Source of the DNA: Deltaproteobacteria bacterium
Lineage (GTDB): Bacteria > Desulfobacterota > Desulfobulbia > Desulfobulbales > SURF-16
Direction of reading: 5' to 3'
Assembly (NCBI GenBank): GCA_030667965.1
Contig: DAOUUW010000001.1
Span: 2,014-66,013, forward strand
Length of the DNA stretch: 64,000 nucleotides
Position numbers and translations under genes: made by a program. Positions 18,515 to 29,108 of the stretch are shown here, piece by piece (within the stretch, counting starts at the first letter, position 1; each line of letters opens with the position of its first letter). Below the pieces are notes generated by a model. The model was not told where the DNA came from, searched no databases, and worked only from the letters and a program-made list of their open reading frames with translations.

Positions 18515-18543
18515 AGACCAATTAAACTAATCAGACCAACCTT

Positions 18544-19743
18544 ATGCGTATTAAACGATTTGAAGCACCGAACAGCACGTCCGCCCTGGCTCTTGTCAAG
18601 AAGGAACTCGGAGAAAACGCGGTGATACTTACCAATAAAACCCTGGATGCCGGGACTCCGAACCAGCGTTTTGAAATGGTGGCGGCCATGGATTACGATC
18701 TTGAAACACTCACTGTTCCGTCCGGCAACGGGCAAACGTCCCATATGCGGAACAATTCTGCCAACGCCGGCAACCGCCCTCCCGATGTCAGCAAACCGAC
18801 CATATACGGCTACAACGCATATCAAAAAAAGCAGTTGGATCGACCTGAAGAAGCCTTAAAGAAATCCGAAAAGAAAATCAGTATTGAGTCCCATGATCTG
18901 CGTATGCGCTTTGCAGACATGCTCAGAAAAAATGGGGTAACTCCACCAATTAAACACCCCTGTAGCGAAAACTTCACTCAGCCTTCTTCAACTCCGGCAG
19001 CATTGGAAACAAAGCGTCCGAAGCAGGAAGATGTTGCCCGCTGGCGCAACCAGCTCATTGAACAAATCCAGGCTGCTCCGCCGAAAATCAATGCAAGAGG
19101 CAAGGCAACCATCCTGGCACTCATCGGCCCCACGGGTGTGGGCAAAACAACAACATCCGCCAAAATCGCCGCCTGGTATAAATTGCGTAAAAATTACAAA
19201 GTAGCCCTGCTCTCAATGGACTGCTATCGCATCGGCGCCACGGACCAGTTGCGGACCTATGCCCGCATCATGCAGATTCCCTGCGAAATTGTCCTGCGGC
19301 AAAAAGACTTGACCAAAGCCATTGACAGACACCGGGATTGCGATCTCATCATCATTGACACCGCCGGAAAGAGTCCGTACGACAATGATCATATCATGGA
19401 ACTGGCAGAGTGGTTTTCTTCCTTTGACAGCATTGAGCCCCAACTTGTTCTCAGTGCCACTACCAAGAAAGAGGATCTGCAAAAGACAATCGACTCGTAC
19501 GCTGCCATAGGACCAACCGGCCTCATCCTGACCAAAATAGACGAAACACGGGCATATGCAGCACTGTGCCAACAAGTGGCAAACGCAGGAATCCCGGTCT
19601 CTTATCTCGCCACCGGCCAGAAAGTTCCGGAGGATTTTTTCGTGGCCTGTAAACCGTTTCTTGATGACCTGTTCAGAAGAGGATGGACAGCCGTTGACGA
19701 TGCGAAAAACACTTTTTTTGCCAAAGCAGAAAACGCGACTTAA
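18544..19743 (+). CDS. flhF: Flagellar biosynthesis SRP-type GTPase FlhF
   Basis: 399 aa with P-loop LIGPTGVGKTTT, DTAG and TKIDE motifs, located after flhA. Confidence 0.92.
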   Translation: MRIKRFEAPNSTSALALVKKELGENAVILTNKTLDAGTPNQRFEMVAAMDYDLETLTVPSGNGQTSHMRNNSANAGNRPPDVSKPTIYGYNAYQKKQLDRPEEALKKSEKKISIESHDLRMRFADMLRKNGVTPPIKHPCSENFTQPSSTPAALETKRPKQEDVARWRNQLIEQIQAAPPKINARGKATILALIGPTGVGKTTTSAKIAAWYKLRKNYKVALLSMDCYRIGATDQLRTYARIMQIPCEIVLRQKDLTKAIDRHRDCDLIIIDTAGKSPYDNDHIMELAEWFSSFDSIEPQLVLSATTKKEDLQKTIDSYAAIGPTGLILTKIDETRAYAALCQQVANAGIPVSYLATGQKVPEDFFVACKPFLDDLFRRGWTAVDDAKNTFFAKAENAT

Positions 19744-19794
19744 TCAATACCTTCCGGAACGGAAGGTATTGTCGACAAACAGGAATACAAACAA

Positions 19795-20679
19795 ATGCAT
19801 CAGGCCGACACCTTGGAAAAACTCATGAACAACTCCGGTGCCCCATCGACACATTATCGCCCAGAGACTGCACACAAAGGCCCCAGGGTCATCTGCGTCA
19901 CCAGTGGCAAGGGAGGTGTCGGCAAAACAAACATTGTCGTAAATCTCGCCTACTGCCTTGCAAACATGGGGAAGAGAGTGGTGGTTCTCGATGGCGACCT
20001 CAACCTGGCAAACGTGGACATCTTGCTGGGCATCACCCCGCACTACAACCTGCATCACGTTTTTTTAGGAGAAAAAAGCCTCAGAGATATCCTGGTGCAG
20101 GGACCGGGGGGCTTTTCCATACTGCCGGCCAGTTCCGGTATCCTCGAAATGGCCGACCTGACGGAAGAGCAGAAACTCTACTTTCTTGCCGAGATGGACG
20201 AACTGGGAGAGAAAATAGACATCCTGCTCATCGACACGGCCGCAGGAATTAACAAAAATGTAATATACTTCACCCTGGCAGCCCAGGAGCGTATCATTGT
20301 CTTAAGTCCGGAGCCCACCTCACTCACCGACGCCTATGCCATGATCAAGGTCCTCTCCACCCGGCATGACGTAAAAAAATTTCGCATCCTTATCAACTCG
20401 GCAAATTCAGAAAAAGAGGCGCTTGCCGTCTTCCGCCAGCTCAGCATGGTAGCAGATCGCTTTCTCAACACACTTTCGCTGGACTATATTGGTTACATCC
20501 CCTTTGACGCGAGACTTCCACAAGCTGTTCGCGCCCAACGCCTGTTAACGGAACTCTCACCACAATCCAAAGCAAGTCTCATGCTCAAAAAACTTGCAAA
20601 TCAACTTGCCCGGGAAGAACAAACAACTCAACAAGATGGAAATATTAAATTTTTCTGGAAAGGACTGTTGCATTTATAA
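19795..20679 (+). CDS. flhG: MinD/ParA-type ATPase FlhG (FleN/YlxH)
   Basis: 294 aa with the deviant Walker A motif SGKGGVGKT, between flhF and fliA. Confidence 0.9.
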   Translation: MHQADTLEKLMNNSGAPSTHYRPETAHKGPRVICVTSGKGGVGKTNIVVNLAYCLANMGKRVVVLDGDLNLANVDILLGITPHYNLHHVFLGEKSLRDILVQGPGGFSILPASSGILEMADLTEEQKLYFLAEMDELGEKIDILLIDTAAGINKNVIYFTLAAQERIIVLSPEPTSLTDAYAMIKVLSTRHDVKKFRILINSANSEKEALAVFRQLSMVADRFLNTLSLDYIGYIPFDARLPQAVRAQRLLTELSPQSKASLMLKKLANQLAREEQTTQQDGNIKFFWKGLLHL

Positions 20680-20765
20680 TATACTCTCATCAGGCAACTT
20701 AATGACACAGAGATGAAACGTGCTTCAGGTGCGAAATCTTCTGAAAAATCCATTCAGACGGTAAT

Positions 20766-21551
20766 ATGAACAAACAGTATTCACCAAAATTCAAGGATTA
20801 CACAAAAGCATATTTTGCTTCTTCGTCCGAGTTGAGTCCGGATAAACGCAATGAGCTCATCCTTACCTATACCCCGTTGATAAAATATATTGCCAACCGC
20901 CTGGCGAACCGCCTTCCGCCCCAAGTATCCCCGGACGATCTCGTCAGTTGCGGCATTATCGGCCTCATTGATGCAATTGACAAATTTGACATTAACAAGA
21001 ACGTACAGTTTAAAACCTATGCCGAATTCCGAATCAAGGGGGCAATGCTGGACGAATTACGATCCCTGGACTGGGTTCCCCGCTCCATACGCCGCAAAAT
21101 CACTGATCTTGAACAGGTATATTCCCAACTTGAAAAAAAACTTGGTCGACCGGCAACCGACGAAGAAGCTGCCGGCAAAATGAATATCTCCCTGGAAAAT
21201 TTCCATCAGCTTTTAAACGAAACCAAATCGGTAACCTTTTTAGACATTGAGCTTCTGCGCCGGCACCCACCGAACTCCATGCTCTCCAGCAGCGCCTGTG
21301 AGTCTTTCAGTTCCCATGAAACTGATCCTTTTGCAGCTCTCAACCTTGGGCAAATTCGAGATTTACTGGCCAAAGCCATTGACGAACTGCCGGAAAAAGA
21401 ACGGCTCACTGTTTCGCTGTATTATATTAACGAATTGACAATGAAGGAAATAGGCCATGTGCTGGATTATACGGAATCACGCATTTCTCAAATGCACAGC
21501 AAGGCCATGCTCCGCCTGCGGACAAAAATGAAAAAAGCTATGGGAGAATGA
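20766..21551 (+). CDS. fliA: Flagellar sigma factor FliA (sigma-28)
   Basis: 261 aa with sigma-70 family regions 2, 3 and 4 (FKTYAEFRIKGAMLDELR; region 4 LTMKEIGHVLDYTESRISQMHSKAM), in the flhFG-fliA context. Confidence 0.92.
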   Translation: MNKQYSPKFKDYTKAYFASSSELSPDKRNELILTYTPLIKYIANRLANRLPPQVSPDDLVSCGIIGLIDAIDKFDINKNVQFKTYAEFRIKGAMLDELRSLDWVPRSIRRKITDLEQVYSQLEKKLGRPATDEEAAGKMNISLENFHQLLNETKSVTFLDIELLRRHPPNSMLSSSACESFSSHETDPFAALNLGQIRDLLAKAIDELPEKERLTVSLYYINELTMKEIGHVLDYTESRISQMHSKAMLRLRTKMKKAMGE

Positions 21552-21561
21552 GAACATTTAT

Positions 21562-21757
21562 ATAACTATTCAGCTTATGTGAAAAAAGTTACGAAAAGCT
21601 CGGTCTGTAACTGTTCAGCAGTGCACCCCAAGGGCACTTCCTGCAGGGCGCTCCAGATGTGCGCAAGCAGGCTGGAGAACAATAGTTGGGCTATGTGAAA
21701 CAGCCTGATCGTGTGCAGGTAGCGTAGACTCCGGATGGGGTGCTGCTGAATAGTTAC
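21562..21757. mobile_element. 196-bp MITE-like insertion with 13-bp terminal inverted repeats and an 8-bp target-site duplication
   Basis: Left end ATAACTATTCAGC (21562-21574). Right end GCTGAATAGTTAC (21745-21757), 12/13 as reverse complement. Flanking direct repeats ACATTTAT at 21554-21561 and 21758-21765. An internal third copy GTAACTGTTCAGC (21607-21619) and an extended 17-bp stem join 21607-21629 to 21737-21757. Confidence 0.7.
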
Positions 21758-21850
21758 ACATTTATTTCGCAGAAACGCCCTTTACGTCTGCGATAAAATC
21801 ATTTATTTTCAAACAAACACAAACCCTTTTTTACACCTTCGGGAGGAACA

Positions 21851-22228
21851 ATGGCCGATACCAACATGAAAATCCTTGTCGTGGATGATTTCGCCACCAT
21901 GCGTCGAATTGTCAAAAACATCCTGGTCCAACTCGGATATAAAAACATTGTTGAGGCTGACGACGGAACGACAGCCGTCGAGATCCTCAAGCAAGAAAAA
22001 GTGGACATGATCATTTCCGACTGGAACATGCCGAAAATGACAGGCCTGGAGCTTCTCAAACATGTCCGCGCCGATGCCGACCTTGCCAATATACCATTTC
22101 TCATGGTTACTGCGGAAGCCCAGCAGGACAACATAATCCTTGCCGTCAAGGCCAAAGTGAGCCAGTATATTGTTAAACCTTTTACAGCTGAGACCCTTGG
22201 CGAAAAAATCAACAAAATTTTAGGATAA
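21851..22228 (+). CDS. cheY: Chemotaxis response regulator CheY
   Basis: 125 aa single receiver domain with VVDD, the phospho-acceptor in ISDWNMP, and conserved Lys in VKPF. Confidence 0.93.
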   Translation: MADTNMKILVVDDFATMRRIVKNILVQLGYKNIVEADDGTTAVEILKQEKVDMIISDWNMPKMTGLELLKHVRADADLANIPFLMVTAEAQQDNIILAVKAKVSQYIVKPFTAETLGEKINKILG

Positions 22229-22273
22229 TTTTTATCTCTTGTTGTTAACACGGAGTGCAATATCGCAAGTTAA

Positions 22274-23116
22274 ATGGCCGCAGACCCCAAATCAAACAAC
22301 CCACTGGACTTTGACTTACCTGAAGGACTGGAAGATGATATAGGAGACGACTGGGAGACAGCGTTCAAGGCTGAAGACTTTATGCTTCCGCCCGACGAAG
22401 AGCCGGAAAATTTTTTCGCCAAAAAAGGAGAAAGCCATGAAGACATTGACCTGGCCTCCCTGCTTGAACCCACTGAAGGCAAGGCAAAAGATTCAAGCTC
22501 TACTGCGGATGGAACACAAGCTGTTGGCTCGAAAGTCCCGGAAAAACCGGAAGATTCTCTCCTGGCCCGCTGCAAAAACTGGTATGCCTTTTGCCCCCCA
22601 TACCAGAAAATACTTTTTCCCCTTTTGGCCTTCCTGACTGTGACATCCATCCCGGCCACCCTGTTTTTCCTCTCTACCACTGAGCAACTGACAGAGCAGA
22701 CTACATCACCTTCACAGCAGGACACGGCAAAAATGCTTACTGCAAAGCAACCGGGTTTGCAAGTATCACCTGAGGAAACACTGCCGGCAACTCCCGCAAA
22801 AATCCGCAAGAAATGGCCCATGCCGGCTTTCTTAATCACTGTTGAACAGCCGGATAACAAAGAAGACCTCATCATCCGAGTGGATGTAAGCCTCGTTCTG
22901 CAACTTGAGCCGGGACAGTCACCCCCGGAGGACAAGCGGTCCTCTGTGCGCGATGCCATTTATCAATTTTACATCAACCGGCCACTTGATGAATTGCGCC
23001 GATTTCCCCTTGCACGGGGCGAAATGATACGCAAGCTTGACGCATGGCTCAAGAAAGAGTCTCCCCACCCCCCCATAGCCTCCGTCATTATTGACCGCTA
23101 CCAGATTTTAAAGTAA
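22274..23116 (+). CDS. FliL-like membrane protein with a long acidic N-terminal region
   Basis: 280 aa with an acidic N-terminus, one TM (FPLLAFLTVTSIPATLFFL), and a C-terminal half (FLITVEQPDNKEDLIIRVDVSLVLQL...VRDAIYQFY...IDRYQIL) that follows the same pattern as FliL at 10363. Confidence 0.5.
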   Translation: MAADPKSNNPLDFDLPEGLEDDIGDDWETAFKAEDFMLPPDEEPENFFAKKGESHEDIDLASLLEPTEGKAKDSSSTADGTQAVGSKVPEKPEDSLLARCKNWYAFCPPYQKILFPLLAFLTVTSIPATLFFLSTTEQLTEQTTSPSQQDTAKMLTAKQPGLQVSPEETLPATPAKIRKKWPMPAFLITVEQPDNKEDLIIRVDVSLVLQLEPGQSPPEDKRSSVRDAIYQFYINRPLDELRRFPLARGEMIRKLDAWLKKESPHPPIASVIIDRYQILK

Positions 23117-23243
23117 ATCCACACGTTACATTTTTGTAAAACCTACCAAGCATTAATACAAAATTGTAACACCCCCCTGCCACCTAAAAACAACATTCCC
23201 CACTAAAACTATACATTTCAACATGTTACGCACAGGAAACTCG

Positions 23244-23259
23244 TGGCACACATGATGCA
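23244..23259 (+). promoter_or_regulatory. Sigma-54 (-24/-12) promoter upstream of amt-glnK
   Basis: TGGCACACATGATGCA has GG and GC at consensus spacing, about 68 nt upstream of the amt ATG. Confidence 0.6.
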
Positions 23260-23326
23260 TTGTGACTGTGCAGCTTTCACGTTATTAGATATCCGGCAAT
23301 TCAACAAAGCAAAGAGAGTTTAAAGA

Positions 23327-24553
23327 ATGATTTCAGGAGCAGACACGGCATTTATCCTTATTTCAGCAGCACTGGTGCTGCTGATGACACCGGGATTGGC
23401 ATTATTTTACGCAGGAATGGTTCGAGGTAAAAATGTTCTCGGCACCATACTACAGTCATTTATCATGATTTCCGTCATCAGCATAGAATGGGTCTACATT
23501 GGGTACAGCATGGCCTTTGGGCCTGACGTGGCAGGCTTTGTCGGAGACCTTTCCTTTTTTGCGCTTAACGGTGTCACCAGTGCCCCCAGTTCCGAGTACG
23601 CAACCACCATTCCCCAAACTGTCTTCATGATCTATCAATGCATGTTCGCCATTATTACTCCGGCACTTATCACCGGCGCCATTGCCGAACGTATGCGATT
23701 CGGCCCCTTTCTTATTTTCAGTCTGGCCTGGGCCATCGTTGTCTACAATCCCGTGTGCCATTGGGTATGGGGCAGCGGCGGCTGGCTGGGAGCCAGAGGC
23801 GTTCTAGATTTCGCCGGTGGTCTGGTTGTCCACCTGACTTCCGGTATGGCAGCCCTTGCCGCAGTCATTGTCCTTGGCCCCCGTAAAGGTCTGGGCAGGG
23901 AGAGTTTTATCCCCCACAGTCTCCCCATGACCCTGCTCGGCACCGGCCTTCTCTGGTTCGGCTGGTTCGGTTTTAATGGAGGGAGCGCCCTGGCCGCTGA
24001 CGGCATTGCCGCAGGCGCCTTTGTTGCAACACACCTGGCAGGCATGGCCGGTATGGCGATGTGGACGCTTGTCGAGTGGATCCACTATAAAAGGCCAACC
24101 ACTCTTGGCGCAGCTTCCGGTGCCATTGCCGGTCTTGCCACTGTTACACCGGCAGCTGGCTTCATCACACCTAATGCAGCCATCATTATCGGCCTTATTG
24201 CCGGTTTCTGCTGCTACACTGCCGTATCATTTAAAAACAAAATCGGTTTTGACGACAGTCTCGATGTAGTCGGTATCCACGGAGTCGGCGGCATCATCGG
24301 CACAATATGCCTGGGAATATTTGCCTCAAAAGCGGTCAATTCCGGCGGAGCGGACGGCCTTCTGGCCGGCAACGCCGCCTTCCTCGGCACCCAGATTTTC
24401 GGCGTGGCAGTTGTTGGCGCTTACGCCTTTATTGCCAGCATCATCTTGCTTAAAATTACCGATATAATCTGTAGAGGACTTCGCGTGAAAGAGGAAGACG
24501 AAATTTTAGGACTTGACCAGAGCTCTCACAGCGAAACAGCATATAACATGTAG
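23327..24553 (+). CDS. amt: Ammonium transporter (Amt family)
   Basis: 408 aa polytopic protein with LMTPGLALFYAGMVR, DFAGGLVVHLTSG and VGIHGVGGIIG motifs. Confidence 0.95.
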   Translation: MISGADTAFILISAALVLLMTPGLALFYAGMVRGKNVLGTILQSFIMISVISIEWVYIGYSMAFGPDVAGFVGDLSFFALNGVTSAPSSEYATTIPQTVFMIYQCMFAIITPALITGAIAERMRFGPFLIFSLAWAIVVYNPVCHWVWGSGGWLGARGVLDFAGGLVVHLTSGMAALAAVIVLGPRKGLGRESFIPHSLPMTLLGTGLLWFGWFGFNGGSALAADGIAAGAFVATHLAGMAGMAMWTLVEWIHYKRPTTLGAASGAIAGLATVTPAAGFITPNAAIIIGLIAGFCCYTAVSFKNKIGFDDSLDVVGIHGVGGIIGTICLGIFASKAVNSGGADGLLAGNAAFLGTQIFGVAVVGAYAFIASIILLKITDIICRGLRVKEEDEILGLDQSSHSETAYNM

Positions 24554-24594
24554 TACCCAAAAAAACATTTAGAGAGAGGCTTTCTTTACTGTAA

Positions 24595-24984
<390 letters not shown>

Positions 24985-24985
24985 A

Positions 24986-27508
24986 ATGAACACGGCCTTA
25001 CGCGCCAAACGTGACGCCCTTGAAAACCTCTGGAGACAGGGTCTCAGCGGCCAGGCACTTCTTGACAAACACACCAGCATGATCGACATGGCCCTGTCAG
25101 GTTATTTCAAGGAAAACCAAAGCGACACCGCCGACATGGCCCTGGTCGCTCTCGGGGGTTACGGGCGCAGCGAACTGTTTCCCTACTCGGACATCGACCT
25201 GATGCTTCTTTACGAACCGGGCAAAGAGGAAAAACTTAACAGTGTAGCTGAATCCGTCTTTTACCCTCTGTGGGATGCCGGGTTAGAGGTTGGCCACGGC
25301 GTAAGAACACCTGATGTCTGCCTTGAAGAAGCGGGCAACGATTTTTTTCTCCAGGTCTCTCTGCTTGACGCCAGACTTATTGTCGGCTCCATGCCGCTTT
25401 TTTCGTCATTTATGGAGAAATACCGAAAGACGTATGTGGAAGGACAGCGCAAGTCCTTTCTCCAAGACATGATCTTCCACCGGCGCAAACGCCATGAGCG
25501 CTTTGCTAATCACAGCTACCTGCTTGAACCGCACATCAAGGAAGGCCGAGGCGGATTCAGGGATATGCAGGCCATGCTCTGGTCAGCCCAGGTCCTTTTC
25601 GGACTAAAAAAAGCGGAAGACCTGGAAGCAGCCGGCTTGCTCATCCCTAAAGAACTTGAGACGTTTAACAAAGCATCCAATGATCTCATAAAAATAAGAA
25701 ACCGCCTTCATTATCTCAGCAGCCGCAAAAACGATCAACTGTTTTTCGAGCATCAGGAGGAGATGGCCCAGGCTTTCGGCTACAAAGACCAGAAGGGAAA
25801 ACTCGGGGTTGAGGCCTTTATGCGGGACGTCCACAGCCACCTGCAAACCATTGCCGTAACCACCGATCTGTTTTTTGAACACGCCAGCGAGGTGCTGGGG
25901 CTGGATGAGGGCAAAACAGAGCCAAAAGAGCTTGAAACAGGGATTGTGCTGCGCCGGGAACGTATCCATATCAGCGGGAATCTATCCCTGGAAAAACGTC
26001 CACAGCTCCTGATGCGTGCCTTTGTTCAGGTCGCCAAAACAGGTTTCCCTCTGCATCACCGCACCAAAAAGCTTATCAGCAGCAGGGTGGATCTCATCAA
26101 TGACAAAATGAGGCAATCAAAACCCATGGGCAAGGCTTTTGTGGAAATACTGCAAAGCAAAAAAGGATCAATGGCAGCCCTGACCGATATGCTTGAAAGC
26201 GGGGCGCTAAGCGCTTATATTCCCGAATTTGCCAACCTGAAATCCCTGGCCCAGCATGACATCTATCACGTCTTTACAGTTGACCGGCATCTGCTGCAGA
26301 CAGTGGAGGAGATGAACAAGCTGCAAAAGTCGGAACACAACCTCTTCATCACTGTTGCGTCCCCTTCAATTCTTTTTCTTGCCGCCCTGCTCCATGATAT
26401 CGGCAAAGGATCCGGCAAAAATCACGCTGAATACGGAGCAGATCTGGCACGAAGCATCGGCGAACGAATTGGTATGCCCGCAGCCGACATCAACTGTCTT
26501 GCCTTTCTCGTGCGCGAACATCTTTTCCTGGCTGATATTGCCATGCGCCGCGACCTGGAAGACGAAGGCCTTATTATCCGCTGTGCCGAACATGTCGAAG
26601 ACCCGGACCGCCTGACCATGCTCTACCTGCTCACCATTGCCGATGCCCGGGCAACCGGACCTTCAGCCTGGTCGGACTGGAAAGCCGCCCTTCTCCAGGA
26701 ACTCTTCTTAAAAACAATAAATGTACTGGGAAGCGGCGGCCTCGCCCTGCCCGATCCGAGGCAGGAGGTCACCTGGATGCAGGAACAGATTACCGCCCTG
26801 CAGGGAGAAACGAGCCGGGTGCCACTGGAAATCCTGCCGGATGACTATCTTCAAGGCTTCACTCCGGACGAAGTGAGGGAGCATATTGACTGTCACGATC
26901 AACTGAAAACCAGAGATGTCCTCCTGCAGGCAAAAAGACATGGAGCACACTGGACCCTGTTGATAATGACCCGGGATAAACCAGGTATGCTGAGCAAAAT
27001 CTTCGGAGTCCTTGCCCTGCACAACCTGGAAGTGATGTCCGCCCAGATCTACACATGGAAGGACGGCACCGTGGTCGACACCCTGGATGTTGTCTCAACA
27101 CTGGACAACAACTTCGAAGACCAGGACTGGCAGGCCCTGCGGAGCGATTTGTCCAGGGCTATCCATTTCAAACTCGGCCTGGCTCACCGCCTGCACCAAA
27201 AACTCAAACCGGCCCAGCATGCAAGCCCCCAGGTGGGAAAACAACAGCCGGCTAAGGTGATCATTGACCATTCCGAATCCGAACTTTATACCATTATTGA
27301 GGTTTACGCCTTGAACAGAACAGGATTACTTTACGATATCACCCGCACTCTGACTGATTTCGGCATCAACATCTTCCGGGCCAAAATAGGCACCAAGGGT
27401 GATCAGATCGTTGATGTCTTTTATGTATTAAACCATGAAGGAGAAAAAATTAAAGACATAGCTTTTCAACAAGAAATTCAAAACAGCCTGCTTTATATCG
27501 CAGGCTGA
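24986..27508 (+). CDS. glnD: [Protein-PII] uridylyltransferase / uridylyl-removing enzyme GlnD
   Basis: 840 aa with a nucleotidyltransferase motif (GGYGRSELFPYSDIDL), an HD domain (LLHDIGKG) and two C-terminal ACT-like domains. Confidence 0.92.
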   Translation: MNTALRAKRDALENLWRQGLSGQALLDKHTSMIDMALSGYFKENQSDTADMALVALGGYGRSELFPYSDIDLMLLYEPGKEEKLNSVAESVFYPLWDAGLEVGHGVRTPDVCLEEAGNDFFLQVSLLDARLIVGSMPLFSSFMEKYRKTYVEGQRKSFLQDMIFHRRKRHERFANHSYLLEPHIKEGRGGFRDMQAMLWSAQVLFGLKKAEDLEAAGLLIPKELETFNKASNDLIKIRNRLHYLSSRKNDQLFFEHQEEMAQAFGYKDQKGKLGVEAFMRDVHSHLQTIAVTTDLFFEHASEVLGLDEGKTEPKELETGIVLRRERIHISGNLSLEKRPQLLMRAFVQVAKTGFPLHHRTKKLISSRVDLINDKMRQSKPMGKAFVEILQSKKGSMAALTDMLESGALSAYIPEFANLKSLAQHDIYHVFTVDRHLLQTVEEMNKLQKSEHNLFITVASPSILFLAALLHDIGKGSGKNHAEYGADLARSIGERIGMPAADINCLAFLVREHLFLADIAMRRDLEDEGLIIRCAEHVEDPDRLTMLYLLTIADARATGPSAWSDWKAALLQELFLKTINVLGSGGLALPDPRQEVTWMQEQITALQGETSRVPLEILPDDYLQGFTPDEVREHIDCHDQLKTRDVLLQAKRHGAHWTLLIMTRDKPGMLSKIFGVLALHNLEVMSAQIYTWKDGTVVDTLDVVSTLDNNFEDQDWQALRSDLSRAIHFKLGLAHRLHQKLKPAQHASPQVGKQQPAKVIIDHSESELYTIIEVYALNRTGLLYDITRTLTDFGINIFRAKIGTKGDQIVDVFYVLNHEGEKIKDIAFQQEIQNSLLYIAG

Positions 27509-27643
27509 CAAACAGCCTTAAACATTTTTTAAAATTTAACAAAAAAGTAAAAAAAACTACGTCAGTTACGCAGGATATGACACAGAAAAACCTGCCGCAT
27601 GACGCAACAATCCCTTATCCAGAGAAATAAAAGGAGAACAGAA

Positions 27644-28975
27644 ATGACCAGAGATGAAATCTTAAAAATCGTCAAAGAGCAAAACATCAATTTTTTCCGC
27701 CTGCAGTTTGTTGACATCAACGGCACCATGAAAAACGTGGCCATCCCGCGCAGCCAGATCAACAAGGCGCTGGACGGGCAATTGATGTTTGACGGCTCCT
27801 CAATCGACGGCTTTGCCCGTATCCAGGAGTCGGACATGTACCTCAAACCCGACTATGACACGTTCTGCATCCTGCCATGGCGCAACAAGGACGGTATTGC
27901 CGCAGCGCGCATCATCTGCGATGTTTATATGGCAGACGGCAGCACCCCCTTTGAGGGATGTCCCCGCCTCAACCTGCAAAAATCCCTGGCAAAAGCCAAG
28001 GAGATGGGTTTCACCATGAACGTCGGTACCGAGGCCGAGTTCTTCCTCTTCAATTTAGATGAAAAAGGCAAGCCCACCACTGAAACCCACGATACCGCTG
28101 GTTACTTCAGCCTTGACCCTGATGACGACGGCACCAACTGCCGCCGTGAAATCATTGAGACCCTGGAGAAAATGGGATTTGAGATTGAGGCATCCCATCA
28201 TGAGGTTGCCGAAGGCCAGCATGAAATAAACTTCAAATACGCCGATGCCCTGACCTGCGCAGACAACACTGTCACCTTTAAATGGGTTGTAAAAACCATT
28301 GCCAGAAAATACAACCTGCACGCCACCTTCATGCCCAAACCTGTGTTCGGCATCAATGGTTCCGGCATGCACACCAACCAGTCCCTGTTTAACCTGGACG
28401 GCTCCAACGCCTTTTTTGATGAAAACGACAAATTGCGCCTGAGCGAAGTTGCCTATCAGTATATTGCCGGTATAAGCAAAAACGCCCGCGGTTTTGCCGC
28501 TGTCACCAACCCCCTGGTCAACTCATACAAACGCCTTGTTCCCGGCTATGAGGCTCCGGTGTATGTTGCCTGGTCATGCTCAAACCGCAGTGCCCTGCTA
28601 CGCATCCCCGCATCCCGCGGCATAGGCACCCGTGTTGAGGTTCGCTGCCCGGATCCGGCATGCAACCCCTATCTGGCCTTTGCCATGATGCTGAACTCAG
28701 GACTCGACGGTGTGGTCAACAAGTTAACACCTCCCAAGTCCGTGGACATCAACATCTTTGCCATGACAGCTGAAGAAAAAGAAACTGCCGACATCCCCAG
28801 CATGCCCGCCAATCTTAAAGAAGCTTTGGACGAACTGAAAGCAAATCCCCTTGCCAAAGAGACCCTGGGTGATCATATCTATGAAAAATACTGCGTCATC
28901 AAAGAGGCCGAATGGGACTCCTTTCGTACAGCTGTCACCGACTGGGAGTTAAACGCCTATCTGACCACTCACTAA
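27644..28975 (+). CDS. glnA: Glutamine synthetase, type I
   Basis: Start trimmed to MTRDEILK (ATG 27644), preceded by AAAGGAG. Has GS motifs [30 protein letters not shown] and NRSALLRIP. Confidence 0.95.
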   Translation: MTRDEILKIVKEQNINFFRLQFVDINGTMKNVAIPRSQINKALDGQLMFDGSSIDGFARIQESDMYLKPDYDTFCILPWRNKDGIAAARIICDVYMADGSTPFEGCPRLNLQKSLAKAKEMGFTMNVGTEAEFFLFNLDEKGKPTTETHDTAGYFSLDPDDDGTNCRREIIETLEKMGFEIEASHHEVAEGQHEINFKYADALTCADNTVTFKWVVKTIARKYNLHATFMPKPVFGINGSGMHTNQSLFNLDGSNAFFDENDKLRLSEVAYQYIAGISKNARGFAAVTNPLVNSYKRLVPGYEAPVYVAWSCSNRSALLRIPASRGIGTRVEVRCPDPACNPYLAFAMMLNSGLDGVVNKLTPPKSVDINIFAMTAEEKETADIPSMPANLKEALDELKANPLAKETLGDHIYEKYCVIKEAEWDSFRTAVTDWELNAYLTTH

Positions 28976-29020
28976 GGTGTCGCTCCACAAATAGTGACAG
29001 CCTGTACCCGTAGAACGGAA

Positions 29021-29054
29021 AAAGCCCGGAATCCTTTAAGGAGCCCGGGCTTTT
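29021..29054. terminator. Bidirectional rho-independent terminator between glnA and smr
   Basis: GCCCGG (29024-29029) pairs with CCGGGC (29045-29050). The stem is extended by an A-run and T-run on either side, with a 15-nt loop. Confidence 0.75.
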
Positions 29055-29108
29055 CATTGCACCAACAATAAACCTGTCGCTGACTGACAACATTACCGTC
29101 AACCATTT

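Noticed and set aside
21607-21757. 6S RNA or another long-hairpin regulatory RNA between fliA and cheY
   Set aside because: The long imperfect hairpin first suggested 6S RNA. However, the segment has terminal inverted repeats and an exact 8-bp flanking duplication, which fits a MITE-like insertion better. An RNA role is not excluded.
21766-21850. Sigma-28 promoter upstream of cheY (GCGATAA at about 21789)
   Set aside because: It only partly matches the GCCGATAA -10 element, and there is no TAAA-type -35 at the right distance.
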